Shown: piece after piece, positions 28,656 to 38,840 of the stretch
Position numbering within the stretch: the stretch's first letter is position 1
How the letters are laid out: every line of letters begins with the position of its first letter
DNA from: Phycisphaerae bacterium
GTDB taxonomy: Bacteria; Planctomycetota; Phycisphaerae; FEN-1346; JAACEH01
Direction of reading: 5' to 3'
Assembly: GCA_012729015.1 (NCBI GenBank)
Contig: JAAYDY010000042.1
Coordinates: 77,608 to 141,607 of the forward strand
Length of the DNA: 64,000 nt
Notes under the pieces: generated by a model
What the model saw: the letters and a program-made list of their open reading frames with translations, nothing else
What the model was told of the DNA's origin: nothing
Database searches by the model: none
Translations under genes and position numbers: made by a program

Positions 28656-29031
28656 TGGCCACCTCCGTCACGCCCTCGACAATCTGGCCGATGGTCTCGG
28701 GGGTGAATGGTTTGTGGATGAACTTGGCCCCCTTCTGCTGCAACCGCTCGATGCGGGTCTGGCTGCCTTCGGTCGAGACGACGATGATGGGCAGGTCGGC
28801 GATGGCGCTGCGGCGGCGGACCTCTTCGATGAGTTGCTCGCCGTTCATCACCGGCATGTTGATGTCCACCAGCGCCAGGTCGATCCAGTTGGCGTCGAGC
28901 TGTTGGAGGGCTTCCTCGCCGTTGGAGGCCTGGAACACCTGACCGATGTCCACGCCCGCCATTTCAAGCGTGCGGATGATCATCGACCGCATGACCGCGC
29001 TGTCGTCGACCACAAGGACATTGAGGGACAT
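28639..29031 (-). CDS. cheY: Chemotaxis response regulator CheY
   Basis: 130 aa single receiver domain. [10 protein letters not shown]...DLALVDINMPVMNG...KFIHKPF. Confidence 0.85.
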   Translation of the reverse strand: MSLNVLVVDDSAVMRSMIIRTLEMAGVDIGQVFQASNGEEALQQLDANWIDLALVDINMPVMNGEQLIEEVRRRSAIADLPIIVVSTEGSQTRIERLQQKGAKFIHKPFTPETIGQIVEGVTEVANDNQV

Positions 29032-29074
29032 TGCATTGACTCCTTTGTCTGCACCCTGGCCACTTCGGCGACGG

Positions 29075-29560
29075 CTAGAGAGCCGTCACTTGCCCGTCCG
29101 AACGAATCAGCACCTCGCCGGTGTTCATGTCCAACGACAACGTCCTGGGCCTCGTGCCGCCGACGTCGGCGGCCTTGCACATCAGGCCGTTCTTCCAGAG
29201 AATCTTGCGGAAGACCGTGACGTTGCGGCTGCCGATGGCGAAGAAGTCGCCGCTCTGGGCGGCCGCGCCAATCTTCGCGCCGCCGGCCACCTTGACCACG
29301 AGGTTGCCCTTCTTGGCGCCCATCTTGTAGCACTCGTTCAGAAGCCGCGGGACGCCGGTATCCACGAACATGTAGGGGTTGTCCACGGCCTTTTCCGGGT
29401 TGATCGTCGAGAGCGGCAGCATGACGTGCAGCAGCGCCCCGACGGAGGCCACCGCATCGTAGATGATGACGCCCAGGCAACTGCCGAGCGAGTGGGTGAT
29501 CAAGAGATCCTCCCCACTCGTCGTCAGCTTCATGTCGGCGACAGATACCGTGTGCCTCAC
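29075..29560 (-). CDS. cheD: Chemoreceptor glutamine deamidase CheD
   Basis: 161 aa. LGSCLGVIIYD ... HVMLP, the CheD signature. Confidence 0.85.
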   Translation of the reverse strand: MRHTVSVADMKLTTSGEDLLITHSLGSCLGVIIYDAVASVGALLHVMLPLSTINPEKAVDNPYMFVDTGVPRLLNECYKMGAKKGNLVVKVAGGAKIGAAAQSGDFFAIGSRNVTVFRKILWKNGLMCKAADVGGTRPRTLSLDMNTGEVLIRSDGQVTAL

Positions 29561-29622
29561 CTGCTCGTCTCCACAGCCGGCCTCGCCATCCCCCGATGCG
29601 GTGCCACAGAACTACCGTCCGC

Positions 29623-30507
29623 TCATGTCCGGTACACCGTCGGATAGACCTGCCGCAGCTTGTGCTGGATGCCGGACAGACTTTCGGAGTGGCCGATGAA
29701 CAGGACCCCTCCCGGCGACAGAATGTCGGTGAAGCGACCGATGATGCGTTCCTGGGTGGGCTTGTCGAAGTAGATCATCACGTTGCGGCAGAAGATGATG
29801 TCGAACGGCCCCTGCATGGGCCATGGCTCCATCAAGTTCAGCCTCGCGAAATGGACGATCTTTCTGAGCTGGTCGCAGACGCGGAACCGCTTGGGCGGCC
29901 CGGCGTCGGCCAGCTCGAAATAGCGTCCTCGCATTGCCGCCGGCATGTCACGAAAACGGGCCTCCTCGTAGACGCCCTGACGCGCCTTGGCGAGCACCTG
30001 GCCGCTGATGTCCGTGGCCAGAATCTTCACGTCCCAGCGGGACGGGTCCGGCAATGTCTCCATGAGCACGACGCCGATGGAATAGGGCTCCTCGCCGCTG
30101 CTGCAACCGGCACTCCAGACGCGGAGCTTCTTCGGGCCGCGACCGGCCGCCGCGATCATCTGCGGCAGGATGTCCTTGCTCAGATGATCCAGGTGCTGCG
30201 ACTCGCGGAAGAAGTACGTCAGGTTCGTGCTCAGAGCGTCGAGCATGTTCGCCAGCTCGACGCCGCTGGCGTCTTCCTCGACGTACTTCATGTACTCGGT
30301 GTAGCTGGACAGGCCGAGAAGGCGGAGCCGCTTGCCGAGCCTCGCCTTGACCAGCTCCCGCTTGCCGTTGTGCAGGTTGATGCCAGCCAGGTCGCCGACC
30401 ATGCGGCTGATCCGCTGGAACTCCTTCTCGCTGAGCTCGAAATGCGCAACACACATCCCCGCCATCGGCTGCATCCCCAGTCGTCTGGTTCCTCGATCCG
30501 TGGTCAT
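29623..30507 (-). CDS. cheR: Chemotaxis protein methyltransferase CheR
   Basis: Catalytic domain motifs LRVWSAGCSSGEEPYSIGV and FDIIFCRNVMIYF. The start was chosen at MTTDRG (30507, GGGAGGA upstream) and is uncertain: MQPMAG at 30474 is possible. The ORF-track entry to 30918 is over-extended. Confidence 0.8.
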   Translation of the reverse strand: MTTDRGTRRLGMQPMAGMCVAHFELSEKEFQRISRMVGDLAGINLHNGKRELVKARLGKRLRLLGLSSYTEYMKYVEEDASGVELANMLDALSTNLTYFFRESQHLDHLSKDILPQMIAAAGRGPKKLRVWSAGCSSGEEPYSIGVVLMETLPDPSRWDVKILATDISGQVLAKARQGVYEEARFRDMPAAMRGRYFELADAGPPKRFRVCDQLRKIVHFARLNLMEPWPMQGPFDIIFCRNVMIYFDKPTQERIIGRFTDILSPGGVLFIGHSESLSGIQHKLRQVYPTVYRT

Positions 30508-30653
30508 GGCCCGGCTCGACGTCCTCCCGGACGGCGGGTCGCCTCGGGCAACCCGGCGCACAGGGAGCGCCGCCACAGGCCGCATCATGTCTTCCAGCCC
30601 TCGTCCGCGCCGCTGACGTCCGGGACGCCCGGTGCGGACGGAAAGGCCGGGCC

Positions 30654-31178
30654 TCAGGCGCTCTCGCCGTCGTCGGCCTGCTTGTCGCCGAGACCGGCCA
30701 CCGTGGCTATCTGCTCGGTTGACAGCACGCGGCAGATGTCCAGCAGGACGGTCACCTGGCCCTCGCTTTTGGCGATGCCGAGGATGAAGTCCGTGTCCAC
30801 GGTCTGGCCGAAATCGGGCGTTTCCTCGATGTCGTCGCCGACGATGTCCTGGACCTCGGACACCTTGTCGACGATGATGCCCATCTCGATCCCCTGCACG
30901 TCCACGACGATGATGCACGTCTCCTCATTGCGCTCCACGGACGCCATATCGAACTTCTGTCGCAGGTCGATCACCGGAATGACCTTGCCGCGCAGGTTGA
31001 TCACGCCCTCGACAAACGCCGGGGTGCGTGGCACCGGGGTAATGCGCACCATGCCGATGATTTCGCGAACCTTCAGAATCTCGACGCCGTATTCCTGATC
31101 GCCGAGGAAGAAGGTCAGATACTTTCCCGCCCTGGCGGCTGCCAGATCGGCCACGGCTGCACTCTGCTCACTCGCCAT
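30654..31178 (-). CDS. cheW: Chemotaxis coupling protein CheW
   Basis: 174 aa. YLTFFLGDQEYGVEILKVREII ... VINLRGKVIPVIDLR. Confidence 0.85.
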   Translation of the reverse strand: MASEQSAAVADLAAARAGKYLTFFLGDQEYGVEILKVREIIGMVRITPVPRTPAFVEGVINLRGKVIPVIDLRQKFDMASVERNEETCIIVVDVQGIEMGIIVDKVSEVQDIVGDDIEETPDFGQTVDTDFILGIAKSEGQVTVLLDICRVLSTEQIATVAGLGDKQADDGESA

Positions 31179-31233
31179 TGTTCATCCTCCTGAAACAGTC
31201 GTCCTTACGCACGCCGGCTCCCCCAGTAGTCCG

Positions 31234-33975
31234 CTATTGCGAGACAGCCGCCAGTTCCTCGACCGGGGCGGCCCGCCACGATTGATCCATGCTCCGTGCC
31301 TGGGCCACCATCGTCTGCACGTCGATGATAAGCCCCACGCTGCCGTCGCCCATGATGGCGCCGCCGGAGATGCCCTTGACCTCGCCCAGCCCGTCGGACA
31401 GCGACTTCACCACGACCTGCTGCTGTCCGAGCAACGTGTCCACGAGCACCGCTACCGGGCGTCCGTCGTCCTCGACGATGACCAGCAACCCCTGGCCCGG
31501 CTCTGTGACGGCATCCTCGATGCCGAACAGGTGGTGGAGGCGGAACACAGGCAACAGGTCGCCGTGGAACATCACCATCTCGCCACGGTCCGTCACGTTC
31601 GATATCGCATCCGGCTCCGGCTTGAAGGTGGTCTTGATGTTGGCCGTCGGAATGATGTACCGCTGCGTTCCGACGCGAATGACCATGCCGTCGATGATGG
31701 CCAGCGTCAGGGGCAGACGCATGCTGAACGTGGACCCCTTACCCTGGACCGACGACACCTCGACGCGCCCGCGAAGGGCCTCGACGCCGCGCTTGACGAC
31801 GTCCATGCCCACGCCGCGGCCGGAAATCTCGCTGACCTGATCCTTCGTCGAGAATCCGGGACGGAAGATCAGGTCGAACACGTCGGCTTCGGTCATCCCG
31901 GCCTCGGACTCAATGATGCCGCGGTTGATGGCTTTCTCGATGATCTTCTGGCGGTTCAGGCCCTTGCCGTCGTCGACCAGGTCGATCACCACGCTGCCGG
32001 CCGCATGGTACGCCTGCAAGGTAACGGTGCCCTCCGGCTCCTTGCCCCCGGCCACGCGCTCATCGGCCGATTCGACGCCATGGTCCACGGCGTTGCGCAC
32101 CATGTGCACCAGCGGATCGCTGATGACCTCGACCATGTTGCGGTCGATCTCGGTGTCTTCGCCGGCGGTCACGAACCGCACCTTCTTGTGGCTCTTGCTG
32201 CTCAGGTCGCGGACCAGCCGGGCCATCTTCTGGAACGTGGACTTCAGGGGCACCATCCGCAACGACATGCTGAGATCCTGCAACTCGCGGACGATCTTTC
32301 CCATGTGGTTGACGTTGCGGCTGAGCTGCGACCCGCCGGCACTGCGGATAACATCGTCCTGCTCGACCATGGCATGGGCGATGACCAGTTCGCCGACCAT
32401 GTTGATGAGGTTATCCAAGCGTTCCAGGCGGACCTTGACGGATGAACTCTCGGTATCCTTGCCGGCGATGCGCTTCTGCTGGCGCAGGGCGCCGACCACG
32501 TCCTTCGGGCTGACGGCGCTGGATCTCACGAGGGCTTCGCCGATGGGCCTGCCGCCCTGCTCCGCGGCGGCCACTTCGACGTCCACGCGCGTGGCCTTCC
32601 CTTCGGCCACGAGCAGATCGCCCAACCGCGGCGGATCGGACTCGGCGGCGCTCTCGTCGCTGTAGCCGGCCGCTTCAGGATCGGCCAGCACGTTCAGCAG
32701 GCGGTCGAGCCCCTCGGGGCACTGGAACGGGTCGCCGCCCAGGGCGCCCTGGATACCGCGGATGGTGGCGCCCATCATGTCGGTGGCTTCAAGGATCAGG
32801 TCGGCGTAGCCGCCGGTCAGCACGATCTTGCCGGTCCTGGCCCGGTCGAGCATCGTTTCGGCGCGGTGGGCCAGTTCCTGTACGGCGGTCATGCCAAGGA
32901 ACCCGGAGGTGCCCTTGATGGTGTGGAACGCCCGGAAGACGGCATTGAGCGACTCGCTGTCCGAGGGGTTCTCTTCGAGTTGCAGGAGGGCCGCCTCGCT
33001 GTTCTCGATGTGGTCGAGGCTTTCGGTGACGAAGTCGGCAATTAGTTGAGAATCGTTAGCCAGGGCTGCGGCCACCTCGCCCCCGGCCGCCTCCAGCAGA
33101 TCACGCACTCGGTCGCTGGAAGACTTTGCGTCAGCGGCACTCGGTTTGGCCGCAGCCGCGGGCTTCGAGGCTTTCGGCTTGGGCTGAGCCGGCGCGGCGG
33201 CCTTGGGGGTCGGCGCGGACGGAGTCGGCGACGACACCCCCGCATCCAGCGCATCCTGCAATGTTTCGAACAGCGAGCCAAGCTCGCCGACGGCCGTGTC
33301 GTCGCCCGGCGTCCCGGCGGCGGCATCGAGCCGCTCGACAATCTGGTCCAGCACGCCCGAGGCCTCGGCGGACAGACCTCCCGCATCGGCCAGCGCAGCC
33401 ACATGCTGCCGCACGCGCACCAGGGCGTCGGCATCGCCCGGGGTCATGGTGGACAGCTCCATGGCCACGTCGTTGAGCGTTTCGCGGACCTTCTCGGGGT
33501 TGCCGGAGGCTGCTGCGGGACAGGCGGCTCCAGGCTCGGTCTTGTCGCAGATCGGTTCGGCACAGCTCTCCTGGAGGAGCGTCCCCGCCCCGGCCAGGGA
33601 CTCGGCATTGAGTTCGGCGCAACCGCTGTCGCGTTTCAGCGCATCGAGCAGGTCTGCGGCGGGGGCCGAGACAGACTGGTTCTGAGAAGTTGCCGTCACC
33701 ATCGCCCTGGCCCACTGAAGGGCTTCGCGAACGGTGGCCATGGCGGCGCCGGCGTCGGCCACGTCGCGCAGGACAATACGCTCGGCAACGACGGCGACGG
33801 TGCGCACATAGACGGCCAGGGGCGCCAGGACATCGCACTCGTCCATGGCCCGAGCCAGCGCAACGCACTCCTCGCCGAGAGTCACCAGGGCCTGGAGGTC
33901 GGCCGGTTCGGTCTGCTCCAGTTGCCCACTGACAATGTCCATTAGCGCGTCAACGGCCTGGTTTTTGGTATTCAT
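31234..33975 (-). CDS. cheA: Chemotaxis histidine kinase CheA with long N-terminal extension
   Basis: 913 aa. Hpt phosphoacceptor motif FRAFHTIKGTSG at about residue 350. HATPase (GRGVGMDVV). C-terminal CheW-like domain. The Hpt domain is preceded by about 310 aa of Ala-rich sequence. Confidence 0.9.
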   Translation of the reverse strand: MNTKNQAVDALMDIVSGQLEQTEPADLQALVTLGEECVALARAMDECDVLAPLAVYVRTVAVVAERIVLRDVADAGAAMATVREALQWARAMVTATSQNQSVSAPAADLLDALKRDSGCAELNAESLAGAGTLLQESCAEPICDKTEPGAACPAAASGNPEKVRETLNDVAMELSTMTPGDADALVRVRQHVAALADAGGLSAEASGVLDQIVERLDAAAGTPGDDTAVGELGSLFETLQDALDAGVSSPTPSAPTPKAAAPAQPKPKASKPAAAAKPSAADAKSSSDRVRDLLEAAGGEVAAALANDSQLIADFVTESLDHIENSEAALLQLEENPSDSESLNAVFRAFHTIKGTSGFLGMTAVQELAHRAETMLDRARTGKIVLTGGYADLILEATDMMGATIRGIQGALGGDPFQCPEGLDRLLNVLADPEAAGYSDESAAESDPPRLGDLLVAEGKATRVDVEVAAAEQGGRPIGEALVRSSAVSPKDVVGALRQQKRIAGKDTESSSVKVRLERLDNLINMVGELVIAHAMVEQDDVIRSAGGSQLSRNVNHMGKIVRELQDLSMSLRMVPLKSTFQKMARLVRDLSSKSHKKVRFVTAGEDTEIDRNMVEVISDPLVHMVRNAVDHGVESADERVAGGKEPEGTVTLQAYHAAGSVVIDLVDDGKGLNRQKIIEKAINRGIIESEAGMTEADVFDLIFRPGFSTKDQVSEISGRGVGMDVVKRGVEALRGRVEVSSVQGKGSTFSMRLPLTLAIIDGMVIRVGTQRYIIPTANIKTTFKPEPDAISNVTDRGEMVMFHGDLLPVFRLHHLFGIEDAVTEPGQGLLVIVEDDGRPVAVLVDTLLGQQQVVVKSLSDGLGEVKGISGGAIMGDGSVGLIIDVQTMVAQARSMDQSWRAAPVEELAAVSQ

Positions 33976-34028
33976 GGTCGCTTCCGTCTTCCGTTTTCAT
34001 GGCCCAAGAAACGAAGACACACGGCGAT

Positions 34029-34042
34029 GTGCAGGTCTGCAC
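34029..34042. promoter_or_regulatory. 14-bp palindrome GTGCAGgtCTGCAC about 65 bp upstream of cheA
   Basis: Perfect inverted repeat in the cheA / HDOD divergent promoter region. Confidence 0.2.
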
Positions 34043-34516
34043 CCGCGGCCAATAACTGAGGTATCGAGTGATTCCCCCCTCGCCCCCAATGGGGTATCTA
34101 CCCTAGCATCCATCCGGCGACGGCCGCACAATGGCCGCAAAACCCACATTTCCCGCTTTTTGGGGTGTTCAGGGGCGTTCTGGGCGCCAGTCGCCCCGGA
34201 CCGGGCGTTGCAGCCACCCATAAAAAAACATGGCCCATTTCCACATGGCACGCCCGGATGGGGTGGCAATGCGACACACGCCCGGCAAGCTGCCCCCTCC
34301 GCAGGCCCCGGTGAGCCCACGGCGGGGCCTCGATGCACTTCGGCCATATCCAGAACGGGGACCGGCCAGAGGAAAACTCCCTATTCCGAAGTGGGCTTCA
34401 TATGCCGATGAAACCCAACGGCATGTGCGTCGGCGATGTCCGGCCGGCTGATGCGGCGCTGCTGCGCACTGCCCCGGGGGGCTGTCGGAGGCTCGACCCA
34501 GGAAGGACTTACGCTG

Positions 34517-35467
34517 ATGGATGCTGTGTTGATGGAGCGAATCAACCGATCGAAGAGCCTGCCCACGATTCCGGCGGTGGCGCTGGAAGTGCTGCGCATG
34601 TGCCGGTCGCCGAACACAAACGTTCGGGACATCGCGGACGTGATCTGCCGCGATCCTGCGATGTCCAGCCGCATCCTGAAGCTGTCCAACTCGTCACTCT
34701 TCGGAGCTCCGACGAAGGCCACGACGGTGGCGCAGGCGCTGGTTCGGATGGGACTGCGCAACGCCCGGATCCTGGCTCTGAGCTTCAGCGTGGTCAATCT
34801 GAAGCCGTCGGGCGAAGGCCGCTCGACGTTCGACCTGGCGGCGTTCTGGCGTTCGTCGCTCATCACGGCCGTGGTGGCCAAGACGATCGAGGACTGGACG
34901 CGGCGTCGCGCCGTCGGCGAAGCGTTCACGGCCGGACTGCTCCAGGACATCGGGATTCTGACCTTGCACAACGTGTTGCAGGACGAATACGCGACGGTTC
35001 GCCAGGAGACCAGGCAGAGCGGTCGCGAACTGGACGAGGTGGAGCGGCAGTTCCTGGACGCGGACCACGCGGAGGTGGCCGGCTACATGCTCGGCATGTG
35101 GAGCATTCCGGACTGCATCGTGATTCCGGTCAGCGCACACCATCGTCCGGAGCTGCTGGAGGACGACGGCTCGGAGGACACGCGGATGGCCCGCGTGCTG
35201 CACGCCGCCGACGCCTTCATGCGGATTTTCTGCGAGGGCGTCAATGCGCCCAACGCGCAGCGTTGCTGTCACCTGTGCGCTCAGTACCTGAGCTGGAGCC
35301 CGCAGAAGGTCATGAAACTGATTCGCGAGGTGGCCCCGGCCGTGCAGGAGGCTGCCCAGATGCTGTCGCTGGAGATACCCACGGACGTCCTGGCCAATGC
35401 GGCCAAGGCGGAGTTGACGGGAATGGTCGATCAGGCGTCCTCGCACGTGGCGGGACCGGCGCGGTGA
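34517..35467 (+). CDS. HDOD domain-containing signalling protein
   Basis: Start at MDAVLMERINRSKSLPTIPAVALEVL, with GGAAGGA 9 nt upstream. This is the typical HDOD opening; the domain continues ...RILKLSNSSLFG... Confidence 0.75.
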   Translation: MDAVLMERINRSKSLPTIPAVALEVLRMCRSPNTNVRDIADVICRDPAMSSRILKLSNSSLFGAPTKATTVAQALVRMGLRNARILALSFSVVNLKPSGEGRSTFDLAAFWRSSLITAVVAKTIEDWTRRRAVGEAFTAGLLQDIGILTLHNVLQDEYATVRQETRQSGRELDEVERQFLDADHAEVAGYMLGMWSIPDCIVIPVSAHHRPELLEDDGSEDTRMARVLHAADAFMRIFCEGVNAPNAQRCCHLCAQYLSWSPQKVMKLIREVAPAVQEAAQMLSLEIPTDVLANAAKAELTGMVDQASSHVAGPAR

Positions 35468-35507
35468 CCTGTTCCCAGGGAAAGCCAAGGAAAGGAGTCC
35501 TTACGCA

Positions 35508-35984
35508 ATGCCCACCACCATGAAGGTCGATTACATCAACGCCTTTATCGGCGCGACGCAGAATGTGTTCACGTCGATGCTGCGCAGCCAGGTGACGCTC
35601 GGCCAGGTCTCGGTGAAGACGAGCCACGTGACGGCCTACGACATTTCGGGCATCATCGGCCTCAGCGGCGACGCCATCGGCTGCGTCGTGGTCAGTTTTC
35701 CCATGGACACTGCCCTGGCCGCCTACAAGGCATTCGCCGGCGAGGAAGTGGACCCCATGGATCCGAACTTCCTGGACGCCATCGGCGAGGTGACCAACAT
35801 GATCGCCGGCAACGCCAAGGCCGCCCTGGAGGGCATGTCGATCAGCATCGGTCTGCCGACGACGATCATGGGACGCCAGCACTGCGTCAGCGCGCCCCAG
35901 AACGTGCCGTTCATCGTGGTGCCGTGCCACTGCGAGCTGGGCAACTTCGCCATCGAAGTCGCATTCCGGTGCGTCAAGGACTGA
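35508..35984 (+). CDS. CheX-family chemotaxis phosphatase (second copy)
   Basis: 158 aa. YINAFIGATQNVFTSML ... GIIGLSGDAIGCVVVSFP ... EVTNMIAGNAKAAL. Confidence 0.7.
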   Translation: MPTTMKVDYINAFIGATQNVFTSMLRSQVTLGQVSVKTSHVTAYDISGIIGLSGDAIGCVVVSFPMDTALAAYKAFAGEEVDPMDPNFLDAIGEVTNMIAGNAKAALEGMSISIGLPTTIMGRQHCVSAPQNVPFIVVPCHCELGNFAIEVAFRCVKD

Positions 35985-36007
35985 AGACAGCGAGGTAAGG
36001 AGACCCG

Positions 36008-36400
36008 ATGATGAAAGTCTTGCTGGTGGACGACTCGAAGGTGATGAGACAGATTCAGCGCCGCTCGCTGGAGGGGTTCGGTTTCACGGACATTGTCGAG
36101 GCCGGCGACGGCGTGGAAGGGTTGCAGCAGATGGCCGGCTCTCCCAAGCCGGACATCGTGATCCTGGACTGGAACATGCCTCGCCTGGACGGGCTGAGCA
36201 CCCTGCGCAAGATTCGCGAGACGGACAAGAAGACCATCGTGATCATGTGCACGACGGAGGCCGAGAAACCGCGCGTCGTCGAGGCGGTGAAGGCGGGCGT
36301 GACGAACTACATCGTCAAGCCGTTCACGCCGAGCGTGCTCCAGGAGAAGCTGGACGAGACGCTGACCCGGATGGGCCTGTCGATGCCGACAGCCCAGTAG
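36008..36400 (+). CDS. CheY-like single-domain response regulator
   Basis: 130 aa. MMKVLLVDDSKVMR ... DIVILDWNMPRLDG ... NYIVKPF. Confidence 0.85.
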   Translation: MMKVLLVDDSKVMRQIQRRSLEGFGFTDIVEAGDGVEGLQQMAGSPKPDIVILDWNMPRLDGLSTLRKIRETDKKTIVIMCTTEAEKPRVVEAVKAGVTNYIVKPFTPSVLQEKLDETLTRMGLSMPTAQ

Positions 36401-36415
36401 TCGGAGGTCGGACGC

Positions 36416-37816
36416 GTGCAGAAGGCAGCCGCCAAGGACACTTCAGGCCGGATGGACATCAGGATCGGCGACGACCTCCTGGAGGCGTACCTGATCTTCC
36501 GCAGCGGCGCGAAGCTGTCGCCTCCGACCAGTCTCGAAGTGATGGCCCTGCTGGGCGAGCACTGCATCTCGATCGACCGGGACGCGATGGCCCGAGTCAA
36601 GGACGCACTGACGGAGTGCCGGCGGGGCAACCTCCCTCGCGGCGGCACGCTGCTGGTTCGAGGCACGCCCCCCACCGAGAGCATCGACGAGCACCTGGAA
36701 TGGGCCGTGGAGGCCGATCCGGCGTCGGCCGACACTCCCCTGCCCATTCGGCGCGTCAGTCGCGGCCAGGCGTTTGCGAAGGTGTGCCCCGCGGCGCCGG
36801 GTACGCCGGGGACGGACGTTCATGGGCGTCCTCTGCCGCCGCGCGAGCCGGAGAATCTCACACTGACCTTCGCCGACAGCGTCCGCCGCGACGGGGACGG
36901 CAACGTGACGGCTGAGGCCGACGGCGTGGCGCTGATCGAGGACAACGCCCTGAAGGTGGCGCCGCTGAGGGAGATCGACGGCGCGTCGATCGAGCCCGAC
37001 AAGAGCATCGAGGCCGAGGGGCTCCTGCTCGTTCGCGGCAATGTGCCGGAAGGGGCGTTTCTCCAGGCCCAGGCCGGCATGTTCATCGACGGCAGCGTCG
37101 CCGGCGGCATGTTCTACACCGGAGGCAGTCTGGTCTGCACCAAGGGTATCGAGGCCAAGACGTCCAAGGCCCGGCTCGCGGTGCGCGGCGACGTTCATGC
37201 GCCGCACATCTTCGAGGCCCAACTGAACGTCCAGGGCAACTTGGTGGTCCTGAACGAGATGCACGGCGTGGACGCCTGCGTCCTGGGGTGCATCGAGGCC
37301 ACCCAGGCGCCGTTTTCGCTCGGGCACATCGTATGCCGGGGCACGGCCTGCCTGGCGGTGCTCGGGTCGCCGCGCAACGAGGAAACGCACCTGCTGGTCG
37401 GCGTACACCATGAGTTGCAGAAGGAGTTCGAGAAGCTGAACGACCTGTTCACGAAGGTGGGACGGGCGTCTCAGATCGTGGAGAAGGCATGCTTCATGGC
37501 CACCCTCAGGAAGGCCGGCGCCTCGACGCGCGAGAAGGCCTGCCAGTGGGAGATGGCCAAGCACGAACTCAGCCGCGTCCAGACGTCGGTCAAGCAGCGA
37601 CTCGACCAGCTCAGCCAGTCGATGCACGCCTTCGATCATGCCAGCATCCGCGTGGGCGAGTACATGTATCCGCGATGCCGGGTAGGCATCGGCAACGTGC
37701 GCGGACAGGTGGACGCGGGCTGGAACGGCCCGCTGCGCATCGTCGCCCAGCGCATCAACAGCGTGGAGTCGCTCGTCATCGAGAGCGACTCCGGCCGCAA
37801 GATGGTCATTCGATAG
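36416..37816 (+). CDS. DUF342/FapA-like protein
   Basis: 466 aa. Its size, beta-helix-like repetitive middle region (GNLVVLNEMHGVDACVLGCIEA..) and coiled-coil C-terminus, together with adjacency to cheY, resemble FapA/DUF342 proteins. The assignment is by architecture only. Confidence 0.45.
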   Translation: MQKAAAKDTSGRMDIRIGDDLLEAYLIFRSGAKLSPPTSLEVMALLGEHCISIDRDAMARVKDALTECRRGNLPRGGTLLVRGTPPTESIDEHLEWAVEADPASADTPLPIRRVSRGQAFAKVCPAAPGTPGTDVHGRPLPPREPENLTLTFADSVRRDGDGNVTAEADGVALIEDNALKVAPLREIDGASIEPDKSIEAEGLLLVRGNVPEGAFLQAQAGMFIDGSVAGGMFYTGGSLVCTKGIEAKTSKARLAVRGDVHAPHIFEAQLNVQGNLVVLNEMHGVDACVLGCIEATQAPFSLGHIVCRGTACLAVLGSPRNEETHLLVGVHHELQKEFEKLNDLFTKVGRASQIVEKACFMATLRKAGASTREKACQWEMAKHELSRVQTSVKQRLDQLSQSMHAFDHASIRVGEYMYPRCRVGIGNVRGQVDAGWNGPLRIVAQRINSVESLVIESDSGRKMVIR

Positions 37817-37853
37817 CGACAGTCCCCACATCAACCATCGTGGCCGCGGGCGG

Positions 37854-38504
37854 CTACACGACGGCGAGTTCCTCGCGAATGGCATACCGGACCAACTCGG
37901 CGCGGCTGTGGATGTCGAGCTTCCTCATCAGGCTCGAGGCCTGATTGTCCACCGTCTTGTAGCTGACCCCGAGGCTTCGGGCGGCCTGCTTCACGCTCTG
38001 CCCCTCGGCCAGGAGCCGGAGCACCTCCACCTCGCGCGGCGTGAGCTGGGACAATCGCGTCTGGGGGGATTCCTTCAGTGAGAGCGTGTCTCCCTGGACC
38101 ACCATGCGGCAGAGGACCTCGGGCACGAAGTGCCACTGCCCCGCGGCCACGTCGCGGATCGCCGTAACCAGGCTGCGCACGTCGTGGCTTTTGAGGATGA
38201 AGCCGCGTGCGCCCACATCGATGCAACGGGCAATATGGCGATCGGCATGACGATCGCTCAGGAAGATGACCTTCGTGGACGGGCTTCGCCGCGCGATCTC
38301 TCCGGCGGCCACGAACGGGCTTCCCGGCATGTCGATGTCCAGCAGAACGACGTCCGGATTGATGTCGCGCACCAACATCGCCGTCTCGGCGGCGTCGCCC
38401 ACGTGAGCCTGCACCTGAAGGTCGGGCTCCTGGTTGAGCCGCTCCACCAGGCACTCGCGAAACATCTCATGATCGTCGGCCACTACGATGCGAATGGAAT
38501 CCAT
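37854..38504 (-). CDS. LuxR/NarL-family response regulator
   Basis: 216 aa. Receiver IVVADDHEMFRE...VVLLDIDMPG and C-terminal HTH LTPREVEVLRLLAEGQSVKQAARSLGVSYKTVDNQ. Confidence 0.85.
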   Translation of the reverse strand: MDSIRIVVADDHEMFRECLVERLNQEPDLQVQAHVGDAAETAMLVRDINPDVVLLDIDMPGSPFVAAGEIARRSPSTKVIFLSDRHADRHIARCIDVGARGFILKSHDVRSLVTAIRDVAAGQWHFVPEVLCRMVVQGDTLSLKESPQTRLSQLTPREVEVLRLLAEGQSVKQAARSLGVSYKTVDNQASSLMRKLDIHSRAELVRYAIREELAVV

Positions 38505-38840
38505 GCTACCACCTTTCTTCGGTCAGGTGGCCGGTCCCCCCTGAGGACCTGACTGCGTCTGTGAGCGCAGTCGCATCCCAGCGCTGCGCTGCCCGCCCCC
38601 ACCCTGCCCTCCGGGAGTCCTGGGGCCGGATGATGGGTTCACCCTACACTATCGGCACGCACATGCCGATTCTGAAGCCCGATTCATCATTTCTCCAGCC
38701 ATACCGACCGGTCGCCCGATCAGTGGCCCCGCACACAATGCCTCGGGATACCGGTTGCCAAGTCCCCCGAACGAGTGTAAAAGAGACCTCCAGAGAAACC
38801 GGCGGGCACGACAACGACCCCCCTCAGGAGGCAACACGCC

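Noticed and set aside
30508-30918. Extended N-terminus of the cheR ORF overlapping cheW
   Set aside because: Arg/Gly-rich, no homology. CheR homology starts near MTTDRG/MQPMAG.
33046-33975. Separate small gene encoding the CheA N-terminal region
   Set aside because: The frame is continuous with the Hpt domain with no internal stop. No internal RBS/ATG pattern stronger than the 33975 start was seen.
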